From assembly GCA_038496445.1 (NCBI GenBank), contig JALMLS010000179.1:62001-126000 (forward strand): a stretch of DNA of 64,000 nucleotides, read 5' to 3'. A program made the translations under genes and the position numbers. Of this stretch, positions 26,623 through 38,062 are shown one piece after another. The stretch comes from Trichosphaerium sp. ATCC 40318 (lineage: Eukaryota > Protista > Tubulinea). The notes beneath the pieces were generated by a model, which did not search any database, was not told where the DNA came from, and saw nothing but the letters and a program-made list of their open reading frames with translations. The first letter of the stretch is position 1. Every line of letters begins with the position of its first letter.

Positions 26623-28301
26623 TCACGTTTTGGTCTTCGTCTTAGAACTTCTATTTTATTGTTGGTATTAGAAAAATTCAGAAAACACTTGATGTACCTC
26701 CTGGAAGCTCCAACAAGGTCCACATGACGGAAGCATACGTTAGGGTGACTATGCACAGATACAGGGAATCCACATACATCACCATTTGAGTCATGCCAAG
26801 GGCACGCTTGGTACAATTTTTGATTTTTATCATGTAAAATGTCTATATTAAAAGTGTTAGTGAGTTTATAATGTTGTTTTAAACAATCTTACGGGCATAA
26901 CAGTACTTTGAAAGTGGCATTGATTTACCAGGACATGTTTCTATAGCACATGGATCGCCAACTTCTTCCTAGGGAGACGTCACACTAAGTTCTTAAAATA
27001 AACAGGAAAAGGGATAAGTCAACTATTTCGCGCCAGAACAATAAAAGAAAACGGCCCTCCAAGGTCCACTGAGGCTTAATTTTTTTGTTGTTTTCTAACC
27101 TGATGTAGATGTACACGCTGTGAAGCCTCACGCTTTAGTATTTGTGATTTGATATTGTATGTATTGTGATATTTGTTAAAGATATGATGTGATGTACTAC
27201 TTACTTTAACTGGCGCAGAGCCTACATAATAATTGGTTTTTTGACACTTCATTATAAGAACAAAATAATATAATAATTTTATAGGTTATTTGAAGGTTTG
27301 ATTGATTGATTAGAATTGATAGAGATTGTCGAGAATAGAGTTGTTTTTTTTTTTTTCGTTTTTTTTTTTTCATTTTTTTGCTGACATGCCTTTCTCAATC
27401 TTTTGTAATTTCTTTGCTCTGTGTATTAAAAATCTTCTATGCTTTGTAACCAAATCATCTTCAAGTCTTCTAAATTGAATCTTGTAGAATTTATACAGTG
27501 ATGTGACTTGTTCTTTTCGTCGTCTTAATAATTCAACATCAGTCAAAAGATGTGAAGCATCAGATGAAAACGAGTCCATGTACGGCTCAGGAATCTCAGT
27601 ATCAAGCAAAGCTAGGAGTATATGAGAACAATTACAATAGAGAGAATACAAAAGAGGCACGTTCAAGGCTCAAGCGCTGTCAGAACCGAAAAAAACCGTA
27701 AAGTTTTCGTTCCCTTTGTTGAAAAGCTACAAAAACTCACTTGTTGATATTGGATCGTTTGCCGGGTCTATTGATGGGTTCAACAGCTCCTCATCCAAGT
27801 CGTAGAACTCGTCATCTTGGATCTCAGTGGCTAGAGCTGCGGCTTCTGCGTTTGAGATGTGTTTGCTGTGAGCTATGCCGCTTGATGATAATAATGCTTC
27901 AAGTGGTGATTTTGGGGCTCCTGCGACACTTGTGAGTGGTGGGCCAATGGCTGTTCGTTTCGGAGGCTGAATAATGTCAGTTGGGTTCAAGTGGTACTTA
28001 ATGTACATTTGGTGGCGTCTGAGAACGCTTTTGTCCGTTTTGGCGCAAAGATTGTACGTTGGGAATATAACGCTGTGAGGGTGGTCGAGCGGCTTGTGTG
28101 GTAGCAGCAACGGCCTGTCGCACCATTGGCGCTTGTGCTGTTTGACTGCCAACAGGATTTGCACCATTTTGCACCTGTGGCGTAGGTGTTGCTGTATTAG
28201 CGTTACCAGGCACACCAGCTTTAATTAATGTAAGAATATTTTTTATTTTTCTAATTTGTAATTTAATAGTTAATGTCAGGCGTACAATTGCCCGTTTCCA
28301 T
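26623..28301 (-). CDS. KANSL2/INO80D-like protein (zf-C3Hc3H)
   Basis: L..LY..QF.RL...L..KHRRF helix and C....C..KSMPLSKYCYAHILHD..QKLYQAC...C..P......C..H. Confidence 0.75.
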
Positions 28302-28417
28302 CAAAGGGGTTGCCAATCAGTCACTTTTTACAACTTTGTTGCAGACTAGACGAGACTTTTTGTGCGCTTTTTTTTGGAGTTTTTTTATTTGGAACTATCT
28401 TTAAAGGGCTTTTTTGA

Positions 28418-30017
28418 ATGGACGAAGGGCGTGGGCTTGTTCTGTGGGCGTATGCCGCTACAGCTGCCACTACTGCGCTTGTTGCTGGGTACTATATTAA
28501 AAAGTACTACTTTGCTGAGCCTCGTCCTGCACAAAAACCGAAAGACGTGTACATTGCTAAGCATCTTGATAAGTAAGAGTGGTTTTTACCTTGTTTAGAA
28601 GTAATTTAAAAAACTGTAGAGTGAAGAAATGGAAGCCGGACTCAATGAATATTATAATGGTACTATTAATTACTTATGAAAAAAAGTTTTAACGTTGTTG
28701 TTTTTTTGGCTGTTTTAGAAACCATGCGAGAAATTACCTGTGGCTATTGATATACCAAGACTAGCAAAGAATGTAGTAGTAGGAGGGAAGGAAAGGATAT
28801 TGGTACGTTTTTTTTGACATTTTGACGCCTTGTAGCTCTTTAAATTCAAAAAACCTTTAAAAACGCCAAAATTGGTCTGTTTGACGCTAATTTTTGTCTT
28901 AAGAACACTCCTGAACTCCTTCTCGCGATAGCAGATTTATTAAAAGGTAAAGGCCTTTTTTTGCTTTTTTTTTTTTCAGACCTTTTGTCCACGTGTGACC
29001 AAGAGTTAATGTATGAATGTAGCTACATCCGAAGCCAAAATTATAAATGAGGCAAGTTTGTATTTTTTTTTTTTCAAATTTACTTGTGTATTATTTTCTC
29101 AAATTGCTGGACTTCTCGGGCTGATTACACGTTGTGTAATACGAAACTGGAGCTGTTTGATGGCTACTTTAACGAATATCTATCTTTTAAAGGCGCCGTT
29201 ATTGAGAGCTGTTAATAAGGCGATGATAAACTCACGTTTGTTTGCTGCACCGAAAAAAACGTTTTACGAAATTCTTAGTTAATAATTTTCGGTATTTAGT
29301 GGCTCGAAAATGAGGATCCTGCTGAATCCAATAATGCCATTGGTCTTAAGAGGTTACTTCCAAAACTCCCAGATACAGGTGGCGTTGCTGGAGTCATCAA
29401 AATAATAAACCAAGGTATCGATTTTGTTCTCAACTCAGTTCTTTATTTGACCTGAAACTTTCTTTAGCTGCCATTGCGCCTATCACAATCGCAGTACAGT
29501 TTAGTATGGGTGGTGGTGTTTGTGATGTAAAAGGTAAAGCTTTATTATAATATGACGCTATAATACGGCACTTGAGCCAGATGGATATTAGCGCTTTATT
29601 TTTATACGTATTGGATTTGTTGTTAAACCATTTATTAGGAGGGTGGACAATCACTGTTGATAAATTGAACGAAAATACAGTAACTGTAACACATATACGT
29701 AAGCAACGCGTAAGAAGTGATAAGAAAGATATTTTTTTCACTCTGAAGGTTAGTAGAGTAGTTTCTTGTCCTTTTTTTTTTGCCAAGAGAAATGACTTTT
29801 TCGTTAAGGTTTTCTTTCACTTGGCTCGTGAAGGCGAAAACTGGTTACCTAGTACGTAACATAGACCATATACCTTGTTGTTCCTCTCGTTAATGCGACC
29901 GTAGAATCAGTAGATAGCAAGTTGTCAAGCGTTAATTTTCCTGAAGAACTAACACCAAAACAACGCACTAATTTTTTAATCAAACTTTCATTCTTGGATC
30001 AAACCAGCTTAGCATAA
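28418..30017 (+). CDS. Hypothetical N-anchored membrane protein (C-terminus loosely resembles an amoebozoan GlfB-C-like domain)
   Basis: N-terminal TM LVLWAYAATAATTALVAGYY; open spliced frame; DVKGGWTITV...VTVTHIRK. The domain resemblance is from memory. Confidence 0.55.
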
Positions 30018-30476
30018 GCAAACCCGCGATGTAATATTAGTAAATTAATTATAGTTGGTTCTTTGCGCGCTTTTATAGGTATTTACCATTCAGGAGACGA
30101 GATGGGAGAAGGCTATTCAATCAGCAACTAACAAGTTGGTGTTGTGATGGGCGTTCGTGAAAGGGAAGTTCTTGAAGTACCAAGTGAACTGCCTGACAGG
30201 ATGCAAATGTTGGCAGTAGATGTTCACTGTTAGTTTCTGTAAGCGCTTAAATACAATCAATGATAGCGTATATTGCCATTTTGGTACTCCCAAAACGTCA
30301 TACACGGAGAATTTGCGAAGTCAAGAAAGTTCGTACCTGAAGATTAAAGGTTAAAAAATAAGGTTTTAAAGAGGCAACATGGGACACATGGCAACTGTAA
30401 CAGTTGCCACGATAATAATGTACCTATGCCTCGTCTGTAACGGTATGCTTCTCTGCTAAAGATTTAAATAAGGGCA

Positions 30477-33400
30477 ATGAGACGCTTGCTTTCAGTAGTA
30501 ACATTCCCATGCAATATTTTTTTTTCGCTTGTTTTTCATTTTGTCGCTTCATCACACGTGCTTTACTCAATTTTTTCGTTATAAGGTTACGGTGTATGGA
30601 ATACAAAGCACTCTTTCTTGAATAATACATCAGTTACGCTTACAGAGGACACAACAAGTAAAAGGCACGAGATTTCAAATCTCGGACTCTAAAAAGCCTA
30701 AAAACGCGTTCAAAACTGACTCTTTGTTATTAGGGCTTCATCAGACTTAGCCCCAATTTTTTTTGATATTGTACCACAGTTCGGAAGTAATGCATTGGCC
30801 GTACGTCGCCGTAGACTGAGGAAATAACACTTATAGAAAACGGTGTTTATGTGTACAGAAAATCACCTTATTTTGTTTCTTCTAGAACCAAGCTTTCTTG
30901 GATTGTGTGGACCTTGCTATAACTACATGGGTGAGTATGTGGCATGCTATTTATTACATGTATGGTCTGCAAAGGAGGCGTTAATCTGTTATTTAGAAAG
31001 GCTTCTTAGCTGCTCAAGAAAAAACTATAATCAACATTGAATTTGACCTTGCCCCTCTTCCTAATGGTGTCATGGGTGACGTTGATGTCAAACGTGTATT
31101 CAGCATGAATATAGACGCTGTAAAGTGCGTTCACGTGACTCAATATAAGGTTTAAAGTTAATATTACATTAGAGATGAAATAGAAACACGTAACTTAGTT
31201 TTTGGAGGTTTCCCTTCTTCCCTTACTTTCAAGCACCCTGAGAATGAAGATGGTGAAGTACTAACTAGAATAGCACCAACTAAAGCTAATTTCAAGGTAC
31301 TTTAATTGCGCCCACTATGTGTTGTTTGTTGTTAAAGAAACTTTTTTTTAATAAGGGCTTGTTTCCTCCTGGACAAGAGATGTTGGATAATATGTATGGT
31401 GAATTGGATGGCAGTATTGTAATGTCGTCCAATGCAGACTTTGACTTTAATATAAAAGATGGACTTTCTGCAGTGCGTGTCATGTTAGAAAGCTTTATTT
31501 TTTGATTTTTGGGGTGTTTTTTTTCAATCTATATTGATATCTTATTACTAGCAGGGAAAAATAGATGCTACTGCTGAGATTGTACATCAGATTGGTGTTA
31601 TTCTTGGGTTCGCTTCAGAAGTTGACAGACGTGAGTTTCCATTATTTTTTACGTTCAACTTTACGACTGTTTTTTTTTTCGGTGTTTTCTAAGTTGTGTC
31701 TTTAATCACGTGCTTACTCATATACAGTTGATAAAATACGAAGAGGTGAACCAGTAGAAGGTGGATCAGGAGTATACCCTGCAATAATTGATATGTTCCG
31801 CTTGGAACAAGAAAGTTTTTTTCGTGCAAGGCAATTGATTCCAGGTACGATTTTTCTTTTACCAAAAACCCCAACAACTTTATCGACTTCGTCTTCGATT
31901 AATGGCTTCTTAGGGGCATCTGCTGTATTTTTTACAATCATACCATCTCAAAAAGATTTTGGGTATCCTGCATTCGGAGAGAGTGGAGACACTGGGCTTG
32001 TTGCAAGCTCGTGGAAAGATCCTAAGACAGGTTCGTTTTTCTTTGTTGCAAAATGAAATTTGACGTGTACAAAAAAGGAATGATGTCTCTCACTGGACAA
32101 AAGATACAGTTCACTGATAATGACATGAACGCATTCAGATCTTTAGGGTGGCTTGTCAGCCGTACGTTATAGCTATTAATTAATCAAAGAAAGGAGTTAG
32201 GCCTAACTGAGTTTGTTTGTAGCATCACAATTTTGTCCCGTGATCCTCCTTGTCGAACAGGAATTTGCAAAACCGGGAGATACCATAGTCATTAGAGTAC
32301 ACTTTGCTAAAGATGCACCATATTGTTTATTTGGTGGTTTTGGAACAGGTTATACATCTCCAGGGACCCTTCAAGCAGATGATACTGTACTGGTACGAAA
32401 AACGTGCTTGTCATTAAACATGTTGTTAATGCTGTTCATCCTACAGGTTTGTGATGTTCCGGATATACCTAGCAGAGATTTGCCAATGAAATTCATTACT
32501 GTTGCAGCTCAAGGAAGTCAAAGCAACTCGTTTCCTATTCTTATTGATCAAGAAGGAAGTACAACAGAACCTCCAACTAGAACGCCGACTACATCACCAA
32601 CAAGAGCGCCAACTAATTCTCCAACAAGGTCTCCAACAAGAGCTCCCACTAGGGAACCAACAAGAGCCCCTACTACGGCTCCAACAAGATCCCCAACGAG
32701 AGCGCCAACAAGAACTCCTACCAGATCTCCAACAAGAGCTCCCACTAGGGAACCAACGAGAGCCCCTACCACGGCACCAACGAGAGCCCCTACCAGATCT
32801 CCAACAAGAGCTCCCACTAGGGAACCGACAAGAGCCCCTACTACGGCGCCAACAAGATCGCCGACAAGAGCTCCTACAAGGCCACCAACAACAGCGCCAA
32901 CTAATTCTCCAACAAGGTCTCCAACTATAGCACCGACCACATCTCCAACAAGAGCTCCAACTGATTCTCCAACAACATCCCCAACAAGAGCACCAACAAC
33001 AGCGCCAACAAGCGGTGCTACTAGGCCACCAACAAGAGCTCCAACTAATTCGCCGACAAGATCGCCAACTAGAGTACCAACTACATCTCCAACAACATCC
33101 CCAACAACAGCACCAACAAGAGCGCCAACAAGCGGTGCTACTAGGCCACCAACAAGAGCGCCAACTAATTCTCCAACAAGGTCTCCAACAAGCGCACCAA
33201 CCCGAGAGCCAACTGTCTCTCCCACACCTGCACCAACGACAATAGTGCCACCAACCCCACCACCAGCTATTCCACCGACTGTTGCCCCTACCAACCCACC
33301 AACTCTCCCACCAACCACAGAAGCGCCTGCTTTGATTATAGATGAAACACCGCTAGCACCTTTCCAAGACGCCAACTTACAATTGGTACGAAAAAAAAAA

Positions 33401-34749
33401 ACCAACAGTTCGTCTTTTTTGTCATTTTGTCTGTTAAAAAATTACTGTGGTAACGAAGCCTTTGTATAACCTCCAGTAAAACAAAGCTTTTACTAGTAAA
33501 AGTACGATCCTTCAGTTAAATGTACTACATTTAGCGGCTGACAGTTACAAACTTTTCCTGTTTTTTTCTTACTTTTTACTAACCTTTTTATCTTTAGATA
33601 ACAAACGATATCTATGAAGTATACCGTGGAACTTTTATTCTTCATGTACCACATTCTAATGGCTTGATAACAAATGATGAATACTTTACAAAACAACATA
33701 ACCTCGGAATGACAATGGTTGAAAAACAACCAGATCATGCAAGACGCTTCCTTCTTTATACAACTGGAGGGTTCAGTTATAGAGGAAACTATCCAATGGG
33801 AATACAAGAAGATGATGCTTTCTCTTATGTAACATATGATATGTCGGGTAAGCTCGTGGGTGCAGCTACAGTGCAGATTCGCGTTGCTGAAGGTACATGC
33901 AGGTTTTTTCTCCTAAAATTATTTTGATTGTTCTGTGCTTTGAGATTTGCGTTCTTAAACAATTTCCGGAAAAATTGAACCTAAATTTGCTATCAAAAAT
34001 CATTCTACTACGCGTAAGGGAACCTTCGGTTGTTGCCATGTTTTGAATATTACTATCAACTAACACATTGCGCAGTCGCTACTTGTTGCGATTTATGGCA
34101 GAAATGCGAAGAAAAACAGTCCAGCCAATGGCTAAATGAATTACCTCATTGTCCTTGTACAGTAAAAGAGTTGAAAGACGATGAATGGAGTATAGATAAG
34201 TGCAATCAAAACCCAAGATGCCGAGAAATAAATCATCCAGGATCGACTTCATGTTATAAATCTGCAATACCAATGCCATTAGATGAACAGCAAGACTGTT
34301 GCTATGATGCGTACGTCATAACTTACTATACATAGCTGCTTCGATAATTAATGGATATCTAGGCAAGGTGAGTTGATAACTCACGGTCCAGGCGCAGGAA
34401 CCCCCAATAAACGAAGATCACCACCAGAACATAATGAAGTTGATTTGTATCCATTCCAGCTATGTGGTGGTAGAACTGCATGGTTTGACTTTCAAAAGTT
34501 TAGGACTCCTAACAACGGGAATATGTAAGCCTTTTTTTATTTGAAAAAAGTTCCCACGTGATAAGACCTTGTATCTTATTCTTTTGTAGGTGTCCTTTCA
34601 ATACAGTTTTTCCTCTTATTCCAAGCAGACCTAGTCTGCAGCTTTGTTACTGCCAACTCGACGTTTGGGAAAACCAACCTCTTCCATGCTCTTACACAAG
34701 CGCTGTGGAAGCTAGATGCTCAAGAAAGAGTTACCACAAGCTGTACTAA
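30477..34749 (+). CDS. Surface/secreted modular protein: degenerate zinc-metalloprotease domain, IPT, PT-repeat stalk, Ig/cadherin-like domain, AMOP domain
   Basis: TKANFK, FDF, IVHQIGVILGF, DMFR, ASSWKD, AFRSLGW; PT repeats; GLITND...GGFSY...DAFSY...ATVQI; AMOP motifs LPHCPC, HPGS..CY, QDCCYD..G.LI..G.GAGTP. Start is uncertain. Confidence 0.75.
32568..33330 (+). repeat. Coding 12-bp tandem repeat (xPTx tetrapeptide, mucin-like stalk)
   Basis: ccaacaagagct/ccaacaaggtct-type units with higher-order blocks. The antisense ORF is an artefact of the repeat. Confidence 0.9.
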
Positions 34750-35008
34750 AAAAAAAAGAAACCAAAAAAGGTGACTTAAAAAACATGTAATTAAAACCAT
34801 GTGTTGTACTGTAAAACCGCGTTTGTGTTTTGAACAGGTAGCCACCATACCTTGTATGCTAGGGAGTTGTTTTTTCAAAAAAAAGTCAAACGACGTGGAG
34901 GAAGCGAAGCAGGCTTAAGTTAATTTCAACAAATAAAGTTAAGGTGTTTGATATTCAACAAACACAAAAGCAGAAGCACCTTCTAGTTCTGTTTCCACCA
35001 ATCTTGAC

Positions 35009-37040
35009 ATGCAAGCATTTAACATCCCAGGTACTTTGTAATCTGTCGTCCTAAAGCTTAAATACGAACTAGTGATCGCACAGGGGCTCAATAGAGATGA
35101 AGCTCTCCAAAGCGCTTTTGAAGCACTCGAGCAAGTATCGCTAGTAGTAGACACCGTATTTTCAGCAATTTCAAGCAGAGTACGACAGTTTCGCGTTATG
35201 ACGCTAACAAACAATAGATTGCGGTCGAAAAATCACGTCTAGTAGGAATATCTGAGCGTATTGACGCATCAAGAGTACGACCAAACGATTTAAATGTCAC
35301 TCACTGTTTTTTTTTCAGTTAAAAGTAAAAGAAGTGTCTTCCAATCCAAAGGCGACCACTGTTTACTCTCCTATGAAGTTACCTGCTAGTTTAAAGCTTC
35401 CTAATAGCACTCCTTTATATTGGCCAGTGAAATCAGGTACTCAAAGACCGCCAAACAAACTGAAGCTGACGTCTTTTTTACCAGCAACCTCCAACAAGGT
35501 TTTCCGTAACCCGTTGAATACCCCAAAGCCAAGTAGTTACACGTACAGCAAAACTCAAGTACGCTATTTATTTGATACATTTCAAAAATAAATACACGTG
35601 ATTAATCATGTGATAGAAACGAAGAGCAGAGCAATCTAATGCGATGTTGGAGAAGTTTGATATCCATTTTCCTGTATTCAACTGTGAACCTAATTTGCTC
35701 GTTGAGAAGAGTAAGTTGCCTCCTGCTTGAGAATCCCATACAACTAAACATTGCATCAAGGTGGCTTAGGTGAAGTATCATCTGTGTCGAACGTGTCTAA
35801 CTTGATTCTATTCAACTCCAAGCAACGTCCTTTCAAGGCAAGGAACAGGAACAAACTTATTCTAGTATACTAACTCTACCATACAGGCTTACAAGGTTGA
35901 AGACAACCTTGATCGTAGTCGCTTCTCATCAGAAGCGCCAGTTAAAATAGCCAAAGAAGAAATTGAACCAGCACCAAGCACTCTAAGAGGTGGCGAAACT
36001 TATACTCGAAAGGCAAACCAGTCGGTTAAATATCGTGGCCGCACTTCACGTGCACCAAGTGCGTACCCTTGTTTCTTTTCACGTGTACCACGCGTATTCT
36101 AATTCATTGATAGCGTTGAACGTTCATGAAAGCCTATCCTCGTTTATGGAAGATGTACCAGTCGCCCAGGACATCAACTATGATAGCTCAATTTCTCAGG
36201 AATCTTTTGCGCCTACAGACGCTTATTCAACACTTACGAAAGTTGATGACTTGCCTTGTGTTGAAGATGATACTACGAAAACAACTACGAAGACAGAACT
36301 TCCAAAAGCTGACAAAGTGCCCGAGAAACAAGAGCAACCGCAAAACGAAGAGAACCAAGAAAAAGATGAAGATGTCATAACGAAGGAAGAGTCAAAGTCT
36401 AGTAGCTTTCGAGATGCCTTGACTAAGGGTAAAAAAGCACTGTCTACAGCTTTAGAAGAAGAGCATGTACACTTTGTAATGATGAGAGGATGTCGAGAAA
36501 TTCCTCTACCTTCCATTGAAGAGGAAGAAACGGATTATGAATCAAACCAAGTTGATGATCCTGTTGTGATTGATAGACAGGATCATCGGTTAATGAGTCA
36601 AGGAAGTTTTATAGATGCTTTAAACAATGGAAAGAAAGCTTTGTCTTCTGCTCCAAAGGAGAGAAAACAAACACCGATGAAGCCCAAGCCAATGTACGTA
36701 CTTTTTTTTTTGGCGCGTCATTTGTTAAATTTCTTTACTAGGTCGCTTCTGGATGAACTAGAGAACTTTAACAAGAATAAATTACGTCCTACTCCAGCGA
36801 ATGAAGAAAGTACAGGTGTTCAGAACACTAATACTTTATCAATATTGCAAGGAGGCATCATTCAAATAAGATCAGACTTGGGTTATGATGCACGTGATTT
36901 TTTTTTTTGTTTTTATTTTTTGATGTGTTGTAATAACACGTGACGCTTACTTCTGTTTATAGGATTCACAGGACGCTGAAAGTGTATGGAGTGATAATGA
37001 TGATTATGACATACCTGATTATCAGATGGAAACGATGTAA
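35009..37040 (+). CDS. WASH1: WASH1-like actin nucleation-promoting factor (WAHD + WH2-like motifs + acidic Trp tail)
   Basis: WAHD: IPVIAQGLNRDEAL...VFSAISSRI...KATTVYSP...GLG...VSNLILFN. C-terminal SLLDELENFNKNKLRPT and DSQDAESVWSD. Confidence 0.8.
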
Positions 37041-37218
37041 CTCCGTCTTATATTGCTATTATCGGGTGGAATAAGTATCAATCTCTTTTCACACTCCTGA
37101 TGATTTAACTCCACAATGTAACTATCCATTTATTCTATAAATAAAGAACGTTATTCGTGCTTACACACGTTTGTTGTTCAGAGTACAAACTTGTTTTATA
37201 CAAACCACATGTAACAGC

Positions 37219-37342
37219 AAAAAAGATCTAGGTCCCTTGCGAGACAATTACGGCGTCTTAGACCACTCGACCACAGGCAAGGCCCGCCAGGATTCGAACC
37301 TGGGATTCCGGCTTCAAATGCTTATAATTAACTACTAGATCT
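37219..37342 (-). ncRNA. Circularly permuted tRNA-Gln(UUG)-like Pol III RNA (tRNA mimic or permuted tRNA)
   Basis: The T-arm CCAGG-TTCGAAT-CCTGG precedes the D-arm TGGTCGAGTGGTCTAAGAC. Acceptor is a hairpin CGGGC-CTT-GCCTG. Terminal stem AGATCTAG/CTAGATCT; T6 terminator; TATA-like TTTAAATT about 23-30 nt upstream. Confidence 0.8.
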
Positions 37343-37691
37343 GTAAACAATAAGTGAGATGGCTAATTTAAACACGACATTTTGCCAGAAAAATAATTGT
37401 GGTTTTTGCTTTTTTTTTATGGCTAGTTTTACAGGTTTGTTTCAGTGCCGCGAACAACTTGTTTATTGGCTAAAGTTTGGTTTGCTGTAAATATCTTTAT
37501 GGTCAAAAAGTAAATTTCATTGAAACATTGAACAAGTGTTTTTTACTGCGTATGAGCGCGTATGAGTTCATCTCAAATTAAGTGGTTCTACTACATTTTG
37601 CGGTTATCAAGATATTAATTTACACCTGCAATAAGTCTATTAACATTTGCTAAAGTGATAAAAATAATAAAAAAAGTTTCAAATGTGTAAA

Positions 37692-37925
37692 CTACAATTG
37701 ATTGTAAATCAGGCCATATAAACAATGACTATGCTCTCCTTCTACCTCACCCTTTTGTAATTACATTCCGTATGTACTTGGCCATATAAATACGCTTTAT
37801 ACTCTCCATCTAGTTCGCCATTGATGTAGTTGCAGTGCTTAAATAGTTCACCAAAAATGAAAACTGCTTGCTTTCTCCAATTGTCTATTGTTGATATAGT
37901 TGCCTATCTCCACTCTCATTATTTC
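37692..37925 (-). pseudogene. MORN-variant/YwqK-like repeat remnant
   Basis: GELFKHCNYINGELDGEYKAYLYGQVHTECNYKRGEVEGEH, with a frameshifted upstream copy IGNYINN. Confidence 0.55.
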
Positions 37926-38062
37926 ATCCCCTTTATAGCTTTAGGTACTCTTTGGTGAGTTTTAACAGTCAGGGTAAGCCTTGAGATTAAAAATTGGTTG
38001 CACCGAAACTTGCTTGACTTCACAGCACTTTTTCGCATAGGACCATAATTCAAAAAAAAACA

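Noticed and set aside
30080-30350. Possible thioredoxin-like pseudogene fragment
   Set aside because: No CxxC motif and multiple stops; similarity is too weak.
30389-30409. 21-bp palindrome TGGCAACTGTAACAGTTGCCA (small hairpins also at 42523-42542 and 44163-44211)
   Set aside because: Single copies with no target-site duplications or transposase, so a MITE call is unsupported.
32548-33405. 285-aa antisense ORF (VGAL repeats) and Gln-rich alternative-frame ORFs
   Set aside because: Shadows of the PT-repeat exon.
37232-37245. GTCCCTTGCGAGAC resembling the U6 5' stem-loop
   Set aside because: No ACAGAGA box follows; it is the antisense of the ncRNA's side hairpin.
37281-37320. Plus-strand GGCTTCAAA suggesting tRNA-Sec
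   Set aside because: The A and B boxes are on the minus strand and no Sec cloverleaf forms.
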